From positions 85,190,001 through 85,254,000 of the forward strand of contig NC_087437.1 in NCBI RefSeq assembly GCF_036321535.1: a DNA stretch of 64,000 nucleotides, in the 5' to 3' direction. Shown here piece by piece: positions 24,470 to 38,910 of this stretch. Numbering within the stretch: the first letter of the stretch is position 1; every line of letters begins with the position of its first letter. Source of the DNA: Camelus dromedarius (lineage: Eukaryota). The notes beneath the pieces were generated by a model. That model searched no databases. It was not told the origin of the DNA and saw only the letters and a list, made by a program, of their open reading frames with translations. The position numbers were made by a program, and so were the translations under genes.

Positions 24470-26690
24470 TTTTTTAAATTAATTCTACTTCTTTGAGGTG
24501 TACCTGACACATGAAATTGTAATATATTTAAAGTGTATGAGATAATTTGATATATAGATATATACAGTTGTGAAAGAATTCCCTCCATTGAGTTAATTTA
24601 CACATCCTTCAGTTCACATACTTATTTTATTTTTGTTTTATTCTTTCATGTTTGTTGTGAGAACACTTAAGTTCTACTTTCTTAGAAAATTTCAATTTTA
24701 TAATATAGTACTATCAAGGATATTCCCTATCTTATATGTTAGATCTTATTCCTTTATAATTGAAAGCTTATGCTTTTAACTAGCTTCACTCTTTGTCCAA
24801 CATCCTCAACCCCCACTCTAAAAGCCACCATTATTCTCTCTTTTCCTATAAATTAGACTTTTTTTTTTTTTAAAGATTCGACATCTGAGTCATTCAATGC
24901 AGTATGGTTGACCTTGAGCAATGTAGGGGTTAGGGTGCTAACCCCACGCAGTCAAAAATTCAAGGTTAACATTACAGTAACTGCTTTGTATCAGTGGTTC
25001 CACATTGGCAGATACAGTCTAGAAGGATTGTATGGTACTATGGTATTTACTGGAAAAAAAAAATCCACGTATAAGTGAACCGGCATAGCTCACACCCATG
25101 TTGTTCAAGGGTTAACAGTATTTCTTTCTCTGTCTGACCTATTTCACTTAGAATAATGCACTCAAGTTTCATCCATGTCACAAATGGGAGAATTTTCTTC
25201 TCTTTTTAAGGATGAATATTTTATTGTGACTATATAATGGATAAAATATATATATATATATATATCAGCTTTATCTATTCATTCATTGGTACTTAGGTTA
25301 TTTTCATACCTTGGCTGTTGTGAATAATACAGCAATGAAAATGAGAATACAGATATCTCTTCAAGATAGTAATTTTATTACCTTTGAATATGTATGAAGA
25401 AATGGGATTGATGGATCATATGGTAGTTCTATTTTTAATTTCTTGAGGAGCATCCATAGCGTTTTCCATAGTGGCTGTGCAAGTTTACATTCTCATCAAC
25501 AGTGTACAAGGTTTTCATTTCTCCACCTTCTCACCAGCATTTGTTATCACTTGTCTTTTTGATAATAGCCATTCTGTCAAATATGAGGTTTTATATCATT
25601 GTGGTTTTGATTTGCATTTCCCTGGTGATTAGTGGTACTGAGCACCTTTTCATGTACCTGTTTGTGTATCTTTGGAAAAATGTCAGTTTAGATTGTTGGC
25701 CCAATTTTTAATTATTTGTTTTTCTGCATTGAGTTGTATGCATTTCTTACATGTTTTGGATTTTTATTGGCTATATTGTTTGCAAATATTTTTTTCCATT
25801 CCATAGGTTGCCTTTTCATTTTGTAATTGTTTCCTTTTCTGTGCAGAATGTTTTAGTCTGATGTAGTCCCACTGGTTCATTTTTGCCTTTGTTACCTTTG
25901 CTTTTGGTGTCATTTAATCCAAAAAATCATTGACAAGTCCAGTATCAAGGACTTACTTCCTCTGTTTTATTCTGGGAGTTGTATTGATTCAGATCACGTG
26001 TTCAAGTTTTTAATTCATTTATGTAGATTTTTATGTATGGTATAAATAATAGTCCAGTTTTATTTTCAACGTGGATATCTAGTTTTCATAGTGGTATTTA
26101 TGAAGAGATATTCTTCCTCATTGTATATTGTTGTCTTACTTGTAAATTAATTGATTATATATGTGTATAATTCTGAGTTCTCTGTTCTGTTCCATTAATC
26201 TGTCTGTTTTTATGCTTTGAAATATAGTTTGAAATCAGAAAGTGTTTCAGCTTTGTTCTACTTGCTCAAGACTGCTTTGGCTATTTGGGGTCATTTTTTT
26301 AACCATATGAATTTTAGGATTATTTTTTCTAATTTTGTGGAAAATGTCATATAATTTTAATAATTGCATTGAATCTGTAGATTGCTTTGAGTAGTATGAA
26401 AACTTTAACACTATTAATTATTCAAATCCATGAGCATGGAATATCCTTTTGTTTATTTGTGCCTTTAATTTCTTTCATCAGGGTTTTATAATTTTTGGTA
26501 TACATATCTTTTACCTCCTTGGTTAAATTTATTTTTATTCTTTGTGGTACTATTATTAATGAAATTATGTTCTTAATTTTTCTTTTTGATACTTTGTTTT
26601 AGTATAGAAACAAAACTGACATTTTATATTGACTTTGTATCCTATAACTCTACTGAATTCATTCATTAGATGTAACGAATTTCTAGTGGT
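24470..26690 (-). mobile_element. LINE-1 3'UTR plus ORF2 C-terminal part, interrupted by a MER8-type MITE
   Basis: Antisense L1 motifs: cattgtggttttgatttgcatttccctg, gcattgaatctgtagattgctttg, tccatgagcatggaatatc. Confidence 0.92.
24905..25118. mobile_element. MER8-type Tigger MITE nested in the L1 3'UTR
   Basis: TIR-like ends tggttgaccttgagcaa / ttgttcaagggttaacag; TA on both sides; the L1 text tgcagta|tttctttctctgtctga resumes after it. Confidence 0.88.
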
Positions 26691-26960
26691 ATTATCACAT
26701 GGAAATATTTTTTCCCATTTCTTCACTTTGAGCATATGTGTCCTTGAATCTGAGGTGAGTTTCTTGTAGGCACCATATAGTGGGTTCTTGTTTTTTTGTT
26801 TTGTTTTATTTTTGTTGTTGTTTTTTAATTCATTAAGACATTCTATTTTTTTGTTTTGTGTTGTTTTGTATGTTTTTGCTTTGTGGTACCATGAGGTTTA
26901 TATAAAACACCTTATAATTATACAGTCTATGTTAAGCTGATAACAACTTGATTACCAACT
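26690..26960 (-). mobile_element. Old LINE-1 ORF2-start/inter-ORF fragment
   Basis: catggaaatattttttcccatttcttcacttt..gtgagtttcttgtaggcaccatatagtggg..taagctgataacaactt. Confidence 0.65.
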
Positions 26961-29900
26961 TCTTCTGTTTCCTTAAGTGTAAGGTTAGGTTGTTTGAGAT
27001 TTTCCTTTTTTTCTGAGGAAGACTTGTATCCTGATACACTTCGCTCTTAGAACTGCTTTTGCTGCATCCCATAGGTTTTTGTATCACTGTGTTTTCATTT
27101 TCATTTGTCTCCAGGTATTTTTTTTTAATTTCCTCTTTGACTTCAATGAACCATTGGTTGTTTAGTAGCATATTGTTTAGCCTCCACATGTTTTTGCATG
27201 TTTTTCCTCCAGTTGATTTCTAGTCTCATAGCATTGTGGTCAGAAAAGATACTTGATATGATTTCAATTTTCTTACATTTACTGGGGCGTATTTTGTGGC
27301 CTACCATGTGATTCATCCTGGAGAATACTCCATGTGCAATGGAAAAGAAAATTCATTCTACTCTTTTGGATGGAAATGTTCTATGTATATATCTATTAAG
27401 TCCATCTGATCTAATCATTTAAGGGCAGTGCTTACTTACTGACTTTTATTTCTGGATGATCTGCTTACTGAGGTATAGTGGGGTGTTAATGTCCTCTACT
27501 ACTGTGTTACTGTCATCTTTCCCTTTTATGTCTGTTAATATTTGCTTTATGTATTTAGGTTCTTCTATGTTTGGATGTATATATATATATATAAAATTAT
27601 TGTATCTTCTTAAATTGATTCCCTTGATCATTATGTAATGTCCTTCTTCGTCTCTTATAACAGTCTATTTTAAAGTCAATTTTGTCTGATGTAAGTATCA
27701 CTACTCTGGCTTTCTTTTGATTTCTATTTGCATGAAATACCTCTTACTATCCCCTTCCTTTGCATATGTGTGTGTCTTTAGATCTGAAGTAGGTCTCTTG
27801 TACACAACTTATGTATAGGTCTTTTTTTTTTTTTAATAGATTAAGCCACTCAGTGTCTTTTGATTGGAGCATTAAGTCTGTTTATATTTAAAATAATAAT
27901 TATTGATAGGTATGTGCTTACTGCCATTTTGTTAATTGCTTTTGTGTTTTATAGATCATTTTTGTTCCTTTCTTCTCCTGTTCTGTTGTTTTGTGATTGG
28001 TAACTAACTTTACTGTTATATTTGGGTTTCTTAATCATTTTGTATATGTGATTTTTTGGTTTGTAGTTACCATGAGTTTAATATATAGCAATCTCTATAT
28101 GTAATTATATATGGAGTTCTATATATAATTATATGAATTATCTGTATGTATAATTTTAAGTTGATCTCTTATGTTGACATTTCAACAATCTCGTATTTTT
28201 ATTTTCCCTTCACATTCATTGTTTTTTTACACCATATTTTACCTTTTCTGTGTGTGTATGCCTTGACTACTTATTGTGACTATAAATGATTTTAATACTT
28301 TTGTCTTTTAACCTTCCTAATATCTTTGTATTTGTTTGATTTACTACTTTTACTGTATATTTGCCTTAGCCAATGAGATTTTTCTTTTATAATTTTTATG
28401 TTTATATTTGTGTCTTTTTCTTTTTCACTTAGAGAAGTCCCTTTAACATTTCTTTTAAAGTTGGTTTTTGTGTTGCTGAACTTTTTCAGTTATTACTTAT
28501 CTCTAAAGGTTTTGATATCTCCATCAAATATGAATGAGAGCCTTGCCATATAAAGTATTCCTGGTTGTAGGTTTTTCCTGTTTATCACTTTAAATATATC
28601 ATGCCACTCCCTTTTGCCCTGTAGAGTTTCTTCTGAAAAGTCCGCTTATAGCCTTAGGGGTGTTCTCTTGGATATGACTTTTTGCTTTTCCCTTGTTGCT
28701 TTCAGTATCCTCTCTTTATCTATAATTTTTCCCAATTTATTTACATTATGTCATGGTTTGATTCTTTTGGTGTCAATCTTATTTTGAACTCTGTACTTCT
28801 TGGACATAGATGTCAGTTTTCATTCCAGTTCAGGAAACTTTTCAGCTAGTATGTCTTCAAATATGTTCTCTGGCCCTCTCTCTCTTCTCTTTCTGGGACC
28901 CCTGTAATGTGAATGTTACATGTGCTTGATGTTGTCCCAGAGTTCTCTTAAACTGTACTCATTTCTTTTTATTTTTCCTGTTCAGCTTCAGTGATTTCTA
29001 CTACTTCTTACTGACTAATCTGTTTCTCTGTATCATCTAATCTAATGTTTATTCTTTCTAGTGTATTTTTTTTATTTCAGTTATTGTATTCTTCATCTCT
29101 GCTTCTTCTTTATTTAACTAACTCTTTGTTAAAAACTAGTAACTTTTCACTGTGTTCATACAGTCTTCTCCCATATTCTTTGAACATCTTTATTACCTTG
29201 AACTTTATCGTGTAGATTGCTTATCTCCACTTCATTTCTGGGGTTTTATCTTGTTTATTCATTTGGAACATATTCGTCTATTTTGCCTTATTTGCTGTTT
29301 TTATTTCTATGTATTTGTAAATTGGTTACATTTCCTTACTTTGAAGAAGTGGCCTTTTATAGGCGTTGTCCTGTGCATCCCTGTAGCTCATTCATCTCTG
29401 GTGAGAGATCATCTAGTGGTTCACTCTGTGTGGGTTTTGTGGATCTTTCTTTATGGTGTGTTGGCTACTGTGGGTGATCTGGTAGATGTAGATGGCCCAA
29501 GTCCAGCTGGCTACCTTGCCCTGCCTCATGCAGAGGCTTCTGGCTGTTGGTGGGTGGGACTGGCTCACAGAGTGGCTGGCTACAGAGCCTTAAGGGCCAC
29601 AGGGCTAGTTCTGGCCCACTGGTGGACTGAGCCAGGTTCTGGGGTGGGTGCTTGCAGGGTGGGGATTTCTGGATCTAGTGTCAGCCTGTTGGTCAATGGG
29701 ATAGATTCTTGACACTGCTGGCTGTGTCATCTAGGGGGTCCTGGGCCATGTGTTGGCCTGCTGGTCTGTGGGATCATATCCCCCAACAGGGAATACAAGG
29801 TGTTCCAGAGCTGGTGCTGGCCTGCAGAGCTTGACCCCAAGCAGTGCTGGGGTTGGTTCCAGCCTGCTGGTGAGTGGTCTGGGTCCTAACATAGTAAGAT

Positions 29901-31145
29901 GCAGGGCTGTGGTCATCCTGGGGCTACTGTCCACCTGCTTGTGGGTGGGGGTAGTGTCCATTGGACCTTGGGGCTGGTGGTTGCCCACTTGTTTACTAGA
30001 ACACATTAGACCTAGTCTTGAATTGCTATTGTCTGAGGCTGAGGCACAGGATCCCAGAACTAGTGTCGGCTCATTGGTGGGCCTTGGGGCTCACCCCCAG
30101 GTGGTGTGAAGGCTTGCTGATGAGTGGAGTGGGGACCCATGGTGTTCTAAGGCTACTGGTTGCCCACTTGTGGATAAGTCTTGTCCAGGGGCTTGTGCCA
30201 GCCCACTGGTATGTGGATCCAGGTCCCAGGGTTTCTGGTTGCAGCACCTTGGGGGTCCTCAACTACGTGTCATTGGCTGGTGGGTAGGGTTAGGGCCCAG
30301 GGAGTCCTAGCCTGGTGCCTGTCCACTTTTGGGTAATATTGGTTCCTAGGAGAGTGCTGGCCCACTGATGTATGGGGCTTGACCCTTATCCCTTTGGTAT
30401 ACCAGGCCAGGTCTTGGGGTGGCTTTGTGCTTAGTGGTCTTAAGGCAGCAGTCCTGCTTGTGAGTGGGGCTCTTTCTCTGCCAGGCTGGTTGCTTGGCCT
30501 GAGATGTCCCAGTACTAATGCTCACGTGCTGGTGTGCAGGGCCACATCCTGGTGCTGATAAGCTAAAAGGAGGATTCTACAATGGCACTTGCCAGGACCA
30601 GCATCCTTGTGGTAGAATGAGCTCCCCAGACTGTCTGCCACCAGTGTCAGTGTCCTCAGGGTGAGCTGCAGTTGCCTCCTGCCTCTCCGGGAGGCTGTCC
30701 AAGATCAACAGGTACTTGTCCCCCAAACGTGTGAGATTTTGTGTGCACCATTTAAGAGAGGAGTCTGTAATTCTCATAGCCCTCTGGATTTCCCAAAAGT
30801 AAGCCTCACTGACCTTCAAAATCAAATATTCTGGAGGCTCGTCTTCGCAGGGGAGGACGCTCAGGCTGGGAAGCCTGATGTGGGGCTCAGGGTCCTCACT
30901 CCCTGGGAAGAACCTGTGGAGTTGTAAGTGTCCTGCTGTTGGTGTGTCACCTGCCTGGGGATACGGGTCTTCATTTTACCACATTTTCACCTGACCCTCT
31001 AACCCATATCATTGTAGTTCCTTCTTTATATCTTTAGTTGTAGAAAAAATTTTTTTCTATTAGTCTTCTTGTCTTTCTCAATATTTGTGCCAATAGGAAG
31101 AAGTGAACTCAACATCTTTCTCCTCTTTCATCTTGTCCACTCCCT
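26960..31145 (-). mobile_element. LINE-1 5' half: 5'UTR (~29330-31145), ORF1 (~28400-29300), ORF2 endonuclease region; 3' part missing
   Basis: ORF fragments WRLNNMLLNNQW..EEIKKKYLETNENENT and IKG..YIKQILTDIKG..NTPL; GC-richer 5'UTR ending in gggagtggacaagatg on the minus strand. Confidence 0.92.
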
Positions 31146-31211
31146 CAAGTGTTTTATTTGTGTAATATAGTTTTCATCTCTAGGACTTTGATTTTTTTTT
31201 TTAACCTCATG

Positions 31212-31470
31212 TGTATTAGTTTGCTTGGGCTGCCATAACAAAATATCACAGTCTGGGTGGCTTAAACATCAGAATTTTATATTCTTACAGTTCTGGAGGC
31301 TTAAAATTCAAGATCTAGGTGTCCGCCCATTTAATTTCTCTTGAGGTTTCCCTCCTTGACTTGCAACAGCTGCCAGCTGCCTTCTCACTGTGTCTTCGTA
31401 TGGTCTTTTCTTGTGTACTGTGCCCAAGTACATCTTATCTCCAAAAAACAATTCAGTCCATAAACACCAT
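31212..31470 (-). mobile_element. MaLR LTR (MLT1A/B-like)
   Basis: tgtattagtttgcttgggctgccataacaaaatatcacagtctgggtggcttaaac..cagttctggaggct. Confidence 0.85.
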
Positions 31471-31479
31471 GTTTATATT

Positions 31480-32130
31480 AACTTTTTGAAAACATGCAGT
31501 AGATACTCTTTTTATGTGTTTATAACTCTTTTAATGTGTTTATCTGTTATTTCTACTATTTGTAAATGTTCTGGGTTAAATTTGATTGTGTTTCTTTTTA
31601 ATTTCCTCCTCAATAGGGATTGTATTTCTTACTTCTGTGCCTTTTTGGTAATTGTGGATTAAATGTTAGACATTATGAGCTTAATTATTAATTGTTGGAT
31701 ATTTTTATAATTCTATAGAAACTTAAAACTTTGTTCTAAGAGGCAGTTAAGTTATTTAGAAATAGTATGAACCTTTCAGATCCTTCTTTTAAGATATATT
31801 GTGTGCGTTTGGACACATACTCAGTTTAAGGCTAATTATTCCTGAATACCAAGGCAGGAAGCTTATATATTCAGCAATGCCTTATGAATCATGACATTTT
31901 AATTCTAGCTGACGGGCATAGATATGTGTGTGAGTTCTGGTAACTATTATCTCTAAGCTTTTTTGGTGGTTATATCCCCAGCCTCGGATAGCTTTTTCAC
32001 ACATATGCATTGTTCAGTAATCAGCTGAACATTGCTTAGACCTTTTGTAGATCACAGATATTTTCTCTGTGTTTACTCTGTCATGTGAACTGTGCCTTGG
32101 CCTTACTGGAATCTAAACTCATATCTCAAA
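31480..32130 (-). mobile_element. Old LINE-1 5' region remnant (L1M-type)
   Basis: gcagttaagttatttagaaatagt..ctcagtttaaggctaattattcc; similar to 45000-45550. Confidence 0.55.
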
Positions 32131-35100
32131 TAGCTTTCAATAACCTGATGACATTGACCATGGAAAGTATAAGAAAGTGACATTAGTTTTAATTAATTGA
32201 TATTCAAATATTTTAGTTTTTCAAATTTAAACAAGATAATATCAGTACATTGCTAGGATTGCCCTGTCCACTAAACAATTATTTTTTAAACCATACTAAA
32301 TTGTAGCTATATTAATATTGATAGGTTATACTAATTATCAACTAAACAACACCAAACATACTTTAGTAAAGGAGTCACAGTGATAAAGTTGAGATCAGCA
32401 TACCAGATGTTAAGGGGTTAGATAAATAAGTTAGTAAGTTTGAACTGTTTATAATTGTCCTTTTGAATTCTGCCCAATTTGTGTGTGTGTGTATGTGTAT
32501 ATACAGATAAATGTTAATATTTTTGACAACAGTCAATATTTTCAAAAGTAAAGAAAAGGATTTAGTACTATTTAAAATAAAGTTTTAGTCAATTTTTAAA
32601 ATATTTTCATCTTTTATAAAATAACATGAAATTATATTGTGAGATAACTAAATTAAAATGTTTTATGATTTTTAAAATTGAGTTGCTAACAGCTGTATAG
32701 TTAACTTTTCATATGGAGTTTATCATCTACAAATTTTGTTTGAAAGCATAAGTTACAAAAATAAGTACAAGCAGCAGTAAACATATGCAATTTTGTGTAG
32801 TTAATTGCCTAAAATTAAATTTCAAATTATTTTATTAGAGTATGTCAATTATTCCAAAATTATACATTAAATAAAATCTAGAATAACATTTTAATTTTAA
32901 GATTCCATGTGAAGACTGAAATTTCTCTGGAAATGAACATGAGTAGGTTAGAATAAAAATAATTCCTCAATTATTGTTCAAATCTTGAAATGCAATGGAG
33001 TATATAATAAAAAATCTGTTCTATCTTCTGCATAAATATGTGTACATATTTTTTTTAGACAGTGTTTTAAATTTTAAGCAACCCAGATTCCCTTTAAAAT
33101 TGCCAACAATTTGCTTAGCCTAGAACATGATACAAAATTACTAGGTCTTTAAAAAAATCAGTCTTTTCCCAGCTTGGTTTTAATTAGACAGTATTATTCA
33201 GTATTATCTAGGAACAACAGGAGGGCAGTAAATGAGGAAGACAGCTATTTTTTAAATGTTTGTCATTGGAAGTTTATATCCTTTTCAACCTTATGAAAAA
33301 AAGATCCTTTGAAATCCATTGTAGTTAGAAGAAATTTAATTGCCATATGCTGATTTTTATAAGTAAGTTTTAGTTATTGGGGAAATTTAGCATATTCATC
33401 TCATGCATATTTTACAAACATGCTTATGATTTTCCTGGATGATGAGAAAAACAAGTGTAAAATTAAATCTAGTTAATATTGGATGTAAGAAATGCTTATT
33501 TCACTGAAGTGAAAGATACTTTAATCCTCAAGAATTCCATAATCTAGTTTTGTTTAAAAGATTGATGCCTATAAACAATAATTTGTATACACTCATATAC
33601 TCAGAGAAGTAAAATCAGTCTCACTATAGAGAATTACCTCCCTTTTATTTTTTTTCACTTGCAAATATAACAGAATGTATAAGTTAACAGAAATCTATGA
33701 ATGTTTAAAATCATAAATACAAGGGAAAATGTGGGCAAAAGCAACCCTAAAGGGAAATATTTATTCTACACTTGAAGAGTAATTTAGAATATTTCACCTA
33801 AAGGAAATACTTTTGACATTTACATTGCCATTATTTAATATATAAATTATTTAAAATTATTTTGTATCTAACTTAAAATCATTCATTACCTCAAACTATT
33901 TAGAGTATAGAAATAATTTAAACATTTCCAGTGTTTGAACTGAAAGTGGCAACTGGGCTGAGCGAAAAAGACTTATCATAAAATCATTGTTCTAGTCAAA
34001 GCCCCATCCCACTGGTCTGGTAAACTTTGCTAGATTACTTACTTACCAGTTCATTCATTTTAAAATGAGAGAGAATGTATATATTCTATCCAAAGAGTCT
34101 TTCTAATCTAAAATTCTACAGTTCAAAATGCAGTTCATCTTTTTCAGTGAAAAAGGAATATACTCAGAATATATGAAAATCCCTTAGATATACAAACCAA
34201 TATATTAAGCTTTAAAATATCAGGCAAAGTATAACTTTTATTTATTGTGTGTGGAAATTATTTGAACTAAAATATGGAATTTATTTTGACATGTGACTAA
34301 AAAGTTTATTATAATTCCCATGATATTCCTTTCTGTGAAATATTGATTATATCTCTTATTTTAAATTACTATTGGTTCATTTTTATTTCATCAACATTCA
34401 TAAAAAAATTTAAGACTATTATTCTGTTTTATAGAGAAGACTGTTTTGCTTTAGAAAACCAAGAAACCTCCTGTGATATGATCATTAAAACTTGACCTCA
34501 ATTTATATTTTGAATAATATGAAAAATTATATGTTTTTGTGAAAAGTTAATTATGATTGTTAATTAGTAACTAATATCTAAAACTGATTGGAGGGTATTT
34601 CTGCTGGAAATGCCCTTGCAAATTTTATTTCTTAATGATACTGATATTAAATTAAATGACTTTAAATATGTATATAAATTATAAAAGATATTTTACTCAC
34701 CACAAGCTATATTAAGCTATTCATAAATTTATAATATAATCCTTGTCATGACTTAATTTACTCAGGGAAATTTTAATATGAAAAAGTATTTTATTTATTT
34801 ACACATTAATTTATGCTTAAAACCAGTTTTTGAGAACTTGTAATATTCCAAGTATTGAGCCATTTCTGAAATTACTAAATAAATATGAATAAAGCCTTCA
34901 TTGTAAACCTACATGTATTCTACTAGAGAGGCAGACAAATTCATCAATAAGCATAATGGGATATTATGTATATTGAGAGAATTATACTTAATATATAGAT
35001 AACAGAAGAGAATCGTTAACTCTAACATGACAGAAAAATATAATTTAAAATATTTGTACTTTACAACAATGTATATAAAAATGAGTGTAAACCCAACTAA

Positions 35101-37399
35101 ATACATTTTATTTATTTTTGGAATTTGACAATTTAATTCTGAAGATTATCTGAATAATATATATGACAGATATTCATGAAAAAAATTAAAGGTGGAGATT
35201 TGACTTAACAGGTAGTAAATGTTCTATAAATCTACCATTAGTAAAACAAAATGAGACTGTAATTTTCAAGGACATAGATTCATATGAGGGAACAGAACTC
35301 CAAATAAATTCAAGTGTACAAGTAGTGCACAAGAAATTTTGAATGGCTGATTAGAGAATGATATACTGTTTAATGTCCATTGATAGGGGAATGAATAAAC
35401 TATGTGTTTTCTTAAAACATAATGCCATATAGTCATTAAAAACTATCATATAGAAAGGGAGAAAAATATATTCTATCACAAATTAAAAAAACATAATCAA
35501 ATAGACACTTCACAATTAAGTAATATTAATTAAAAATATTTATAGGATAAATTATTACAAATAAAAAATCAAAAATGAGTAGTGAATTAAAATCTCAGTT
35601 TTGTTAAGAGATACAGAGTACAAATATAACATTTATAAATACAGCATTTCTTTGTCCTTAGTAGAATATTTCTCTTTGTTCTTTAGAGACATAAAGGAAG
35701 ATAAATCAGTTTAACACTGTTTACAGCAGTTATCCAAAGACAAAAAAGCTAATCTCTTTTAATGCTGAGCCAGTAATGAGGGTCAATTAGTTCATTTAAA
35801 TATGTAGTAGAGTTAGGTCTAATCTTTACTGCTATTTTCTTAGAATTCACCATTGACTTTAAATATTTTGGTGTGAAAAAATCAAAACTTTAGCCAGGAT
35901 ATATTTTCCTACTCATTCTACGAAGCCAACATAACCCTGATAAAATAAGCTTTCAGTGCTATTAAAGGAAACATTTTTCTTGAATCAACTATCTGAAGAT
36001 AAGATGACAGGATTAAAATTTGAATAGAGGTTAGATTCCAGAGGTTCTTTTATACTTCTTTTAGTTAAACCACAAGCTTTTAAAATTGTGGATCATCTTG
36101 CTTTTCACAGCAACTCTGAGTCACTGGGCTATTCTCTTTGTTCTTTTGTCCTGTCCCTGATTCTTGACATCTCAAATGATTTATTTTTGCTGTTCTGTGC
36201 CTAGTCATTAGAGCACAACATCGCTAGGTGAAGGACTGTGGTAACATGTAAGTTTTCTCAGCTTTCCTGCCTTACTTCACACCGTAATTGCCTTCCTCGA
36301 ACTTGGTAAAAGCTAGATTGGTTGGAAGGAGGTTTCTGATCTCTTCTTCCCACCCCATATTTTAGAAGGTCCAGAAATACAGTAATTAAATAATAAGTAA
36401 TTGAAGTGCCTCATAGTGTTTCTTCTCAGCTCTTCTCCTCCCCATCTACATAACTACACATAGGTCCAAAATTCCTCAGATGCTTTTTTCCCCTTTGTGT
36501 ACTCAGTGAGATTTCTTGGGAAAGAATTCATGAGTTGGTATAAACTAATTTTGTGCCTGTGGCTTTTCAGGATTCTAATCTGCAGGCAAGCCCTCACATG
36601 GCCAGTACATGTATATATAATTTGTACATAATGTAAAAATTCAAATACTTTCTTTTGTCATTGATGGATTCCTCTTCTCTTCCTTCCATTCTTCCAGATT
36701 TGAAAGTAGTCAGATACTTTGTTGAGGATTTAATTTTATTTAGGTTTTGTTCCATCCCCAACTCTCTGATGAGTTTAAAAATCTGTGATTTTTATAGTAT
36801 ATCCAAATTATTTATTGTTAAATTATTCTACATAGTAACCAGAAGTAGAAGTCTGAACAATTTTATTTATTGAGATCTTAATGAGTTTCAGGCATTGTTC
36901 TTAGTGCTTGGGATGGAATATTGAGTAGACAAAGTCTTTACTTACAAAGACTTACTGGAACATTTGTTTTCCAGGAAAAAAAAAAAAAAGAAAATATGTC
37001 AAATTGCGAGTTTGGTCAGACTTGCAGAGTGTCACTTGATGCAGATTGGATCTCTGAGGCAGAATGTTTGGGAGATCTTTCACCTTACCGCCCTGCAAAG
37101 AACCATTACTAGATCAGTGCTCCACTGGGAAGACCATATGTATATGCTTCAGAACATGAGCCTCTCCCTTTTTTTCTAAATCTTTCAGAGGAAATATGAA
37201 AATGCTTTTGCAGCTTGATTACAAAGTTCAGCAACAAGCTCTAAGCTTTGTTCTTTCTCTTTAGAGAGCTTTCTTGGGATATGCACAACTAGATTCTAAT
37301 TATCTGGTACTACATTGTGATTGGGTATAAAGGGTTTTACCATTATTTTGATTAGTTGAGTTTGAACATAGGTTCTTTTTTCTGGAGAAAAGGAGCTGA

Positions 37400-37990
37400 T
37401 ACATTTAATCATAAATGGATGATTGGATTTTGTCAGATGCTCCTGTATCAAATTTTATAATTATATGATTTTTTTTTGGATGTTGGATTTTGTCAGATGC
37501 TCCTGTATCAAATTTTATAATTATATGATTTTTTTTTTCTTTAGCCTGTGGCTTTGTTGAGTCACATTAATTGATTTTCTAATGACAGACCAGCCTTCCA
37601 CAGTCCTTCCATACTTGGGTTAAATCCCACTTGGTAATGTTGTATATTTAGTTTATACATTCCTGAATTCAATTTTGCTAATTTTTGGTTTGGTTTTCTT
37701 ATACCTATGTTCATCTAGAAAGAGTTGTCTTAGTTTTCCTTTTCTGTAATACTTCACCAGTTTTTTGTTTTTTTGTTTTTTTTTTTTTGGTATGATAGGA
37801 ATGCTAGACTCAAAATTAGTGAGAAAATGTTCCCTCTCCTTCTGTTTTCTGGAAGAGATCATAAAGAATCATATCATTCTTCCCTAAATATTTGGTCAAA
37901 TTTAATAGTAAAATCCTTTGGCCTCAAGTTTTTCTTTCAGAAGGATATTAATTATTTAGTATTGATTTCTTTAATAAATAGATCATTCTT
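37400..37990 (-). mobile_element. Old LINE-1 ORF2 fragment
   Basis: ttgggttaaatcccacttgg..tttgctaattt..tatgttcatc..aatgttccctctccttctgttttctggaaga; ORF 37653-37862 resembles ORF2. Confidence 0.8.
37417..37538. repeat. Near-perfect ~61-bp tandem duplication
   Basis: ggatg(a)ttggattttgtcagatgctcctgtatcaaattttataattatatga-T(9-10) occurs twice. Confidence 0.95.
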
Positions 37991-37999
37991 TTAAAAATT

Positions 38000-38865
38000 T
38001 TTTATATTTCCCATTTTCTCTAGTTTTATTGAGACATAATTGACATATAGCACTATATATAGTATACAGCATTCTGATTTGACTTACATACATGAAACGA
38101 TTATCACAATAAGTTTAGTGAATATGCATCATCTCATATAGATACAAAATTATAGAATTAATAACATTTTTTCATCATGAGAATTCTTAGGATTTACTGT
38201 TTTAACGGTTTTCATATATAATATCCAGCAGTGTTAATTAATTATATTTCTTATGTTGTACATCACACCTCTAGTACTTATTTATCTTATAAGTGGAAAC
38301 TTTTACCTTTTGCATACTTTCAACAAATTCCCCTTCCAACCCATCCCCTCACCTCTGGTAATTGCAAATCTGGTCTCTTTTTCTGTAGGTTTGTTGGTTT
38401 TTGAAGAATTGACCTACAACACTATGTTAGTTCACAGTACACCATGTAGTAATTCAATATTTCTGTATATTTCAAAATGATCACCATGATAGTCTAGGTA
38501 CCATTTGTCACTATACAAAGATATTACAAAATTATTGACTATATTCCCTGCACTGTATATTTTATACCTTTGACTTATTTATTTTGTAGTGGGAGGTTTG
38601 TACCTCTTAATCTCCCTCATTTATTGTCCCTTCCCCCAGCCTTCCTTTGGGCAACTGCCTGTTTGTTCTCTGCATCTATGACTCAGTTTCTTTTCTATTA
38701 TGTTTGTTCATTTGTTTTGTTTTTTAGATTACCACATATAAGTGAAATCATACAGCATTTGTCTTACTATGTCTGACTTATTGCACTTAGCATAATACCC
38801 TTTGGGTATTATGTCTCAAATGACAAGATTTCATTCTTGCTTTATGGCTGAGGATTATTCCATTC
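38000..38865 (-). mobile_element. LINE-1 3'UTR
   Basis: gttttattgagacataattgacatatagc..accacatataagtgaaatcatacagcatttgtc..ttatggctgaggattattccatt. Confidence 0.88.
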
Positions 38866-38910
38866 TGTGTGTGTGTGTGTGTTTGTGTGTGTGTGAGAGA
38901 GAGAGAGAGA
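38866..38910. repeat. Compound (TG)n(GA)n microsatellite
   Basis: Read directly from the sequence. Confidence 0.95.

Noticed and set aside
29152..30927. Cluster of 60-186 aa ORFs (also at 39.1-40.5 kb and 50.2-52.0 kb)
   Set aside because: Chance or antisense frames in GC-richer L1 5'UTR/ORF1 sequence
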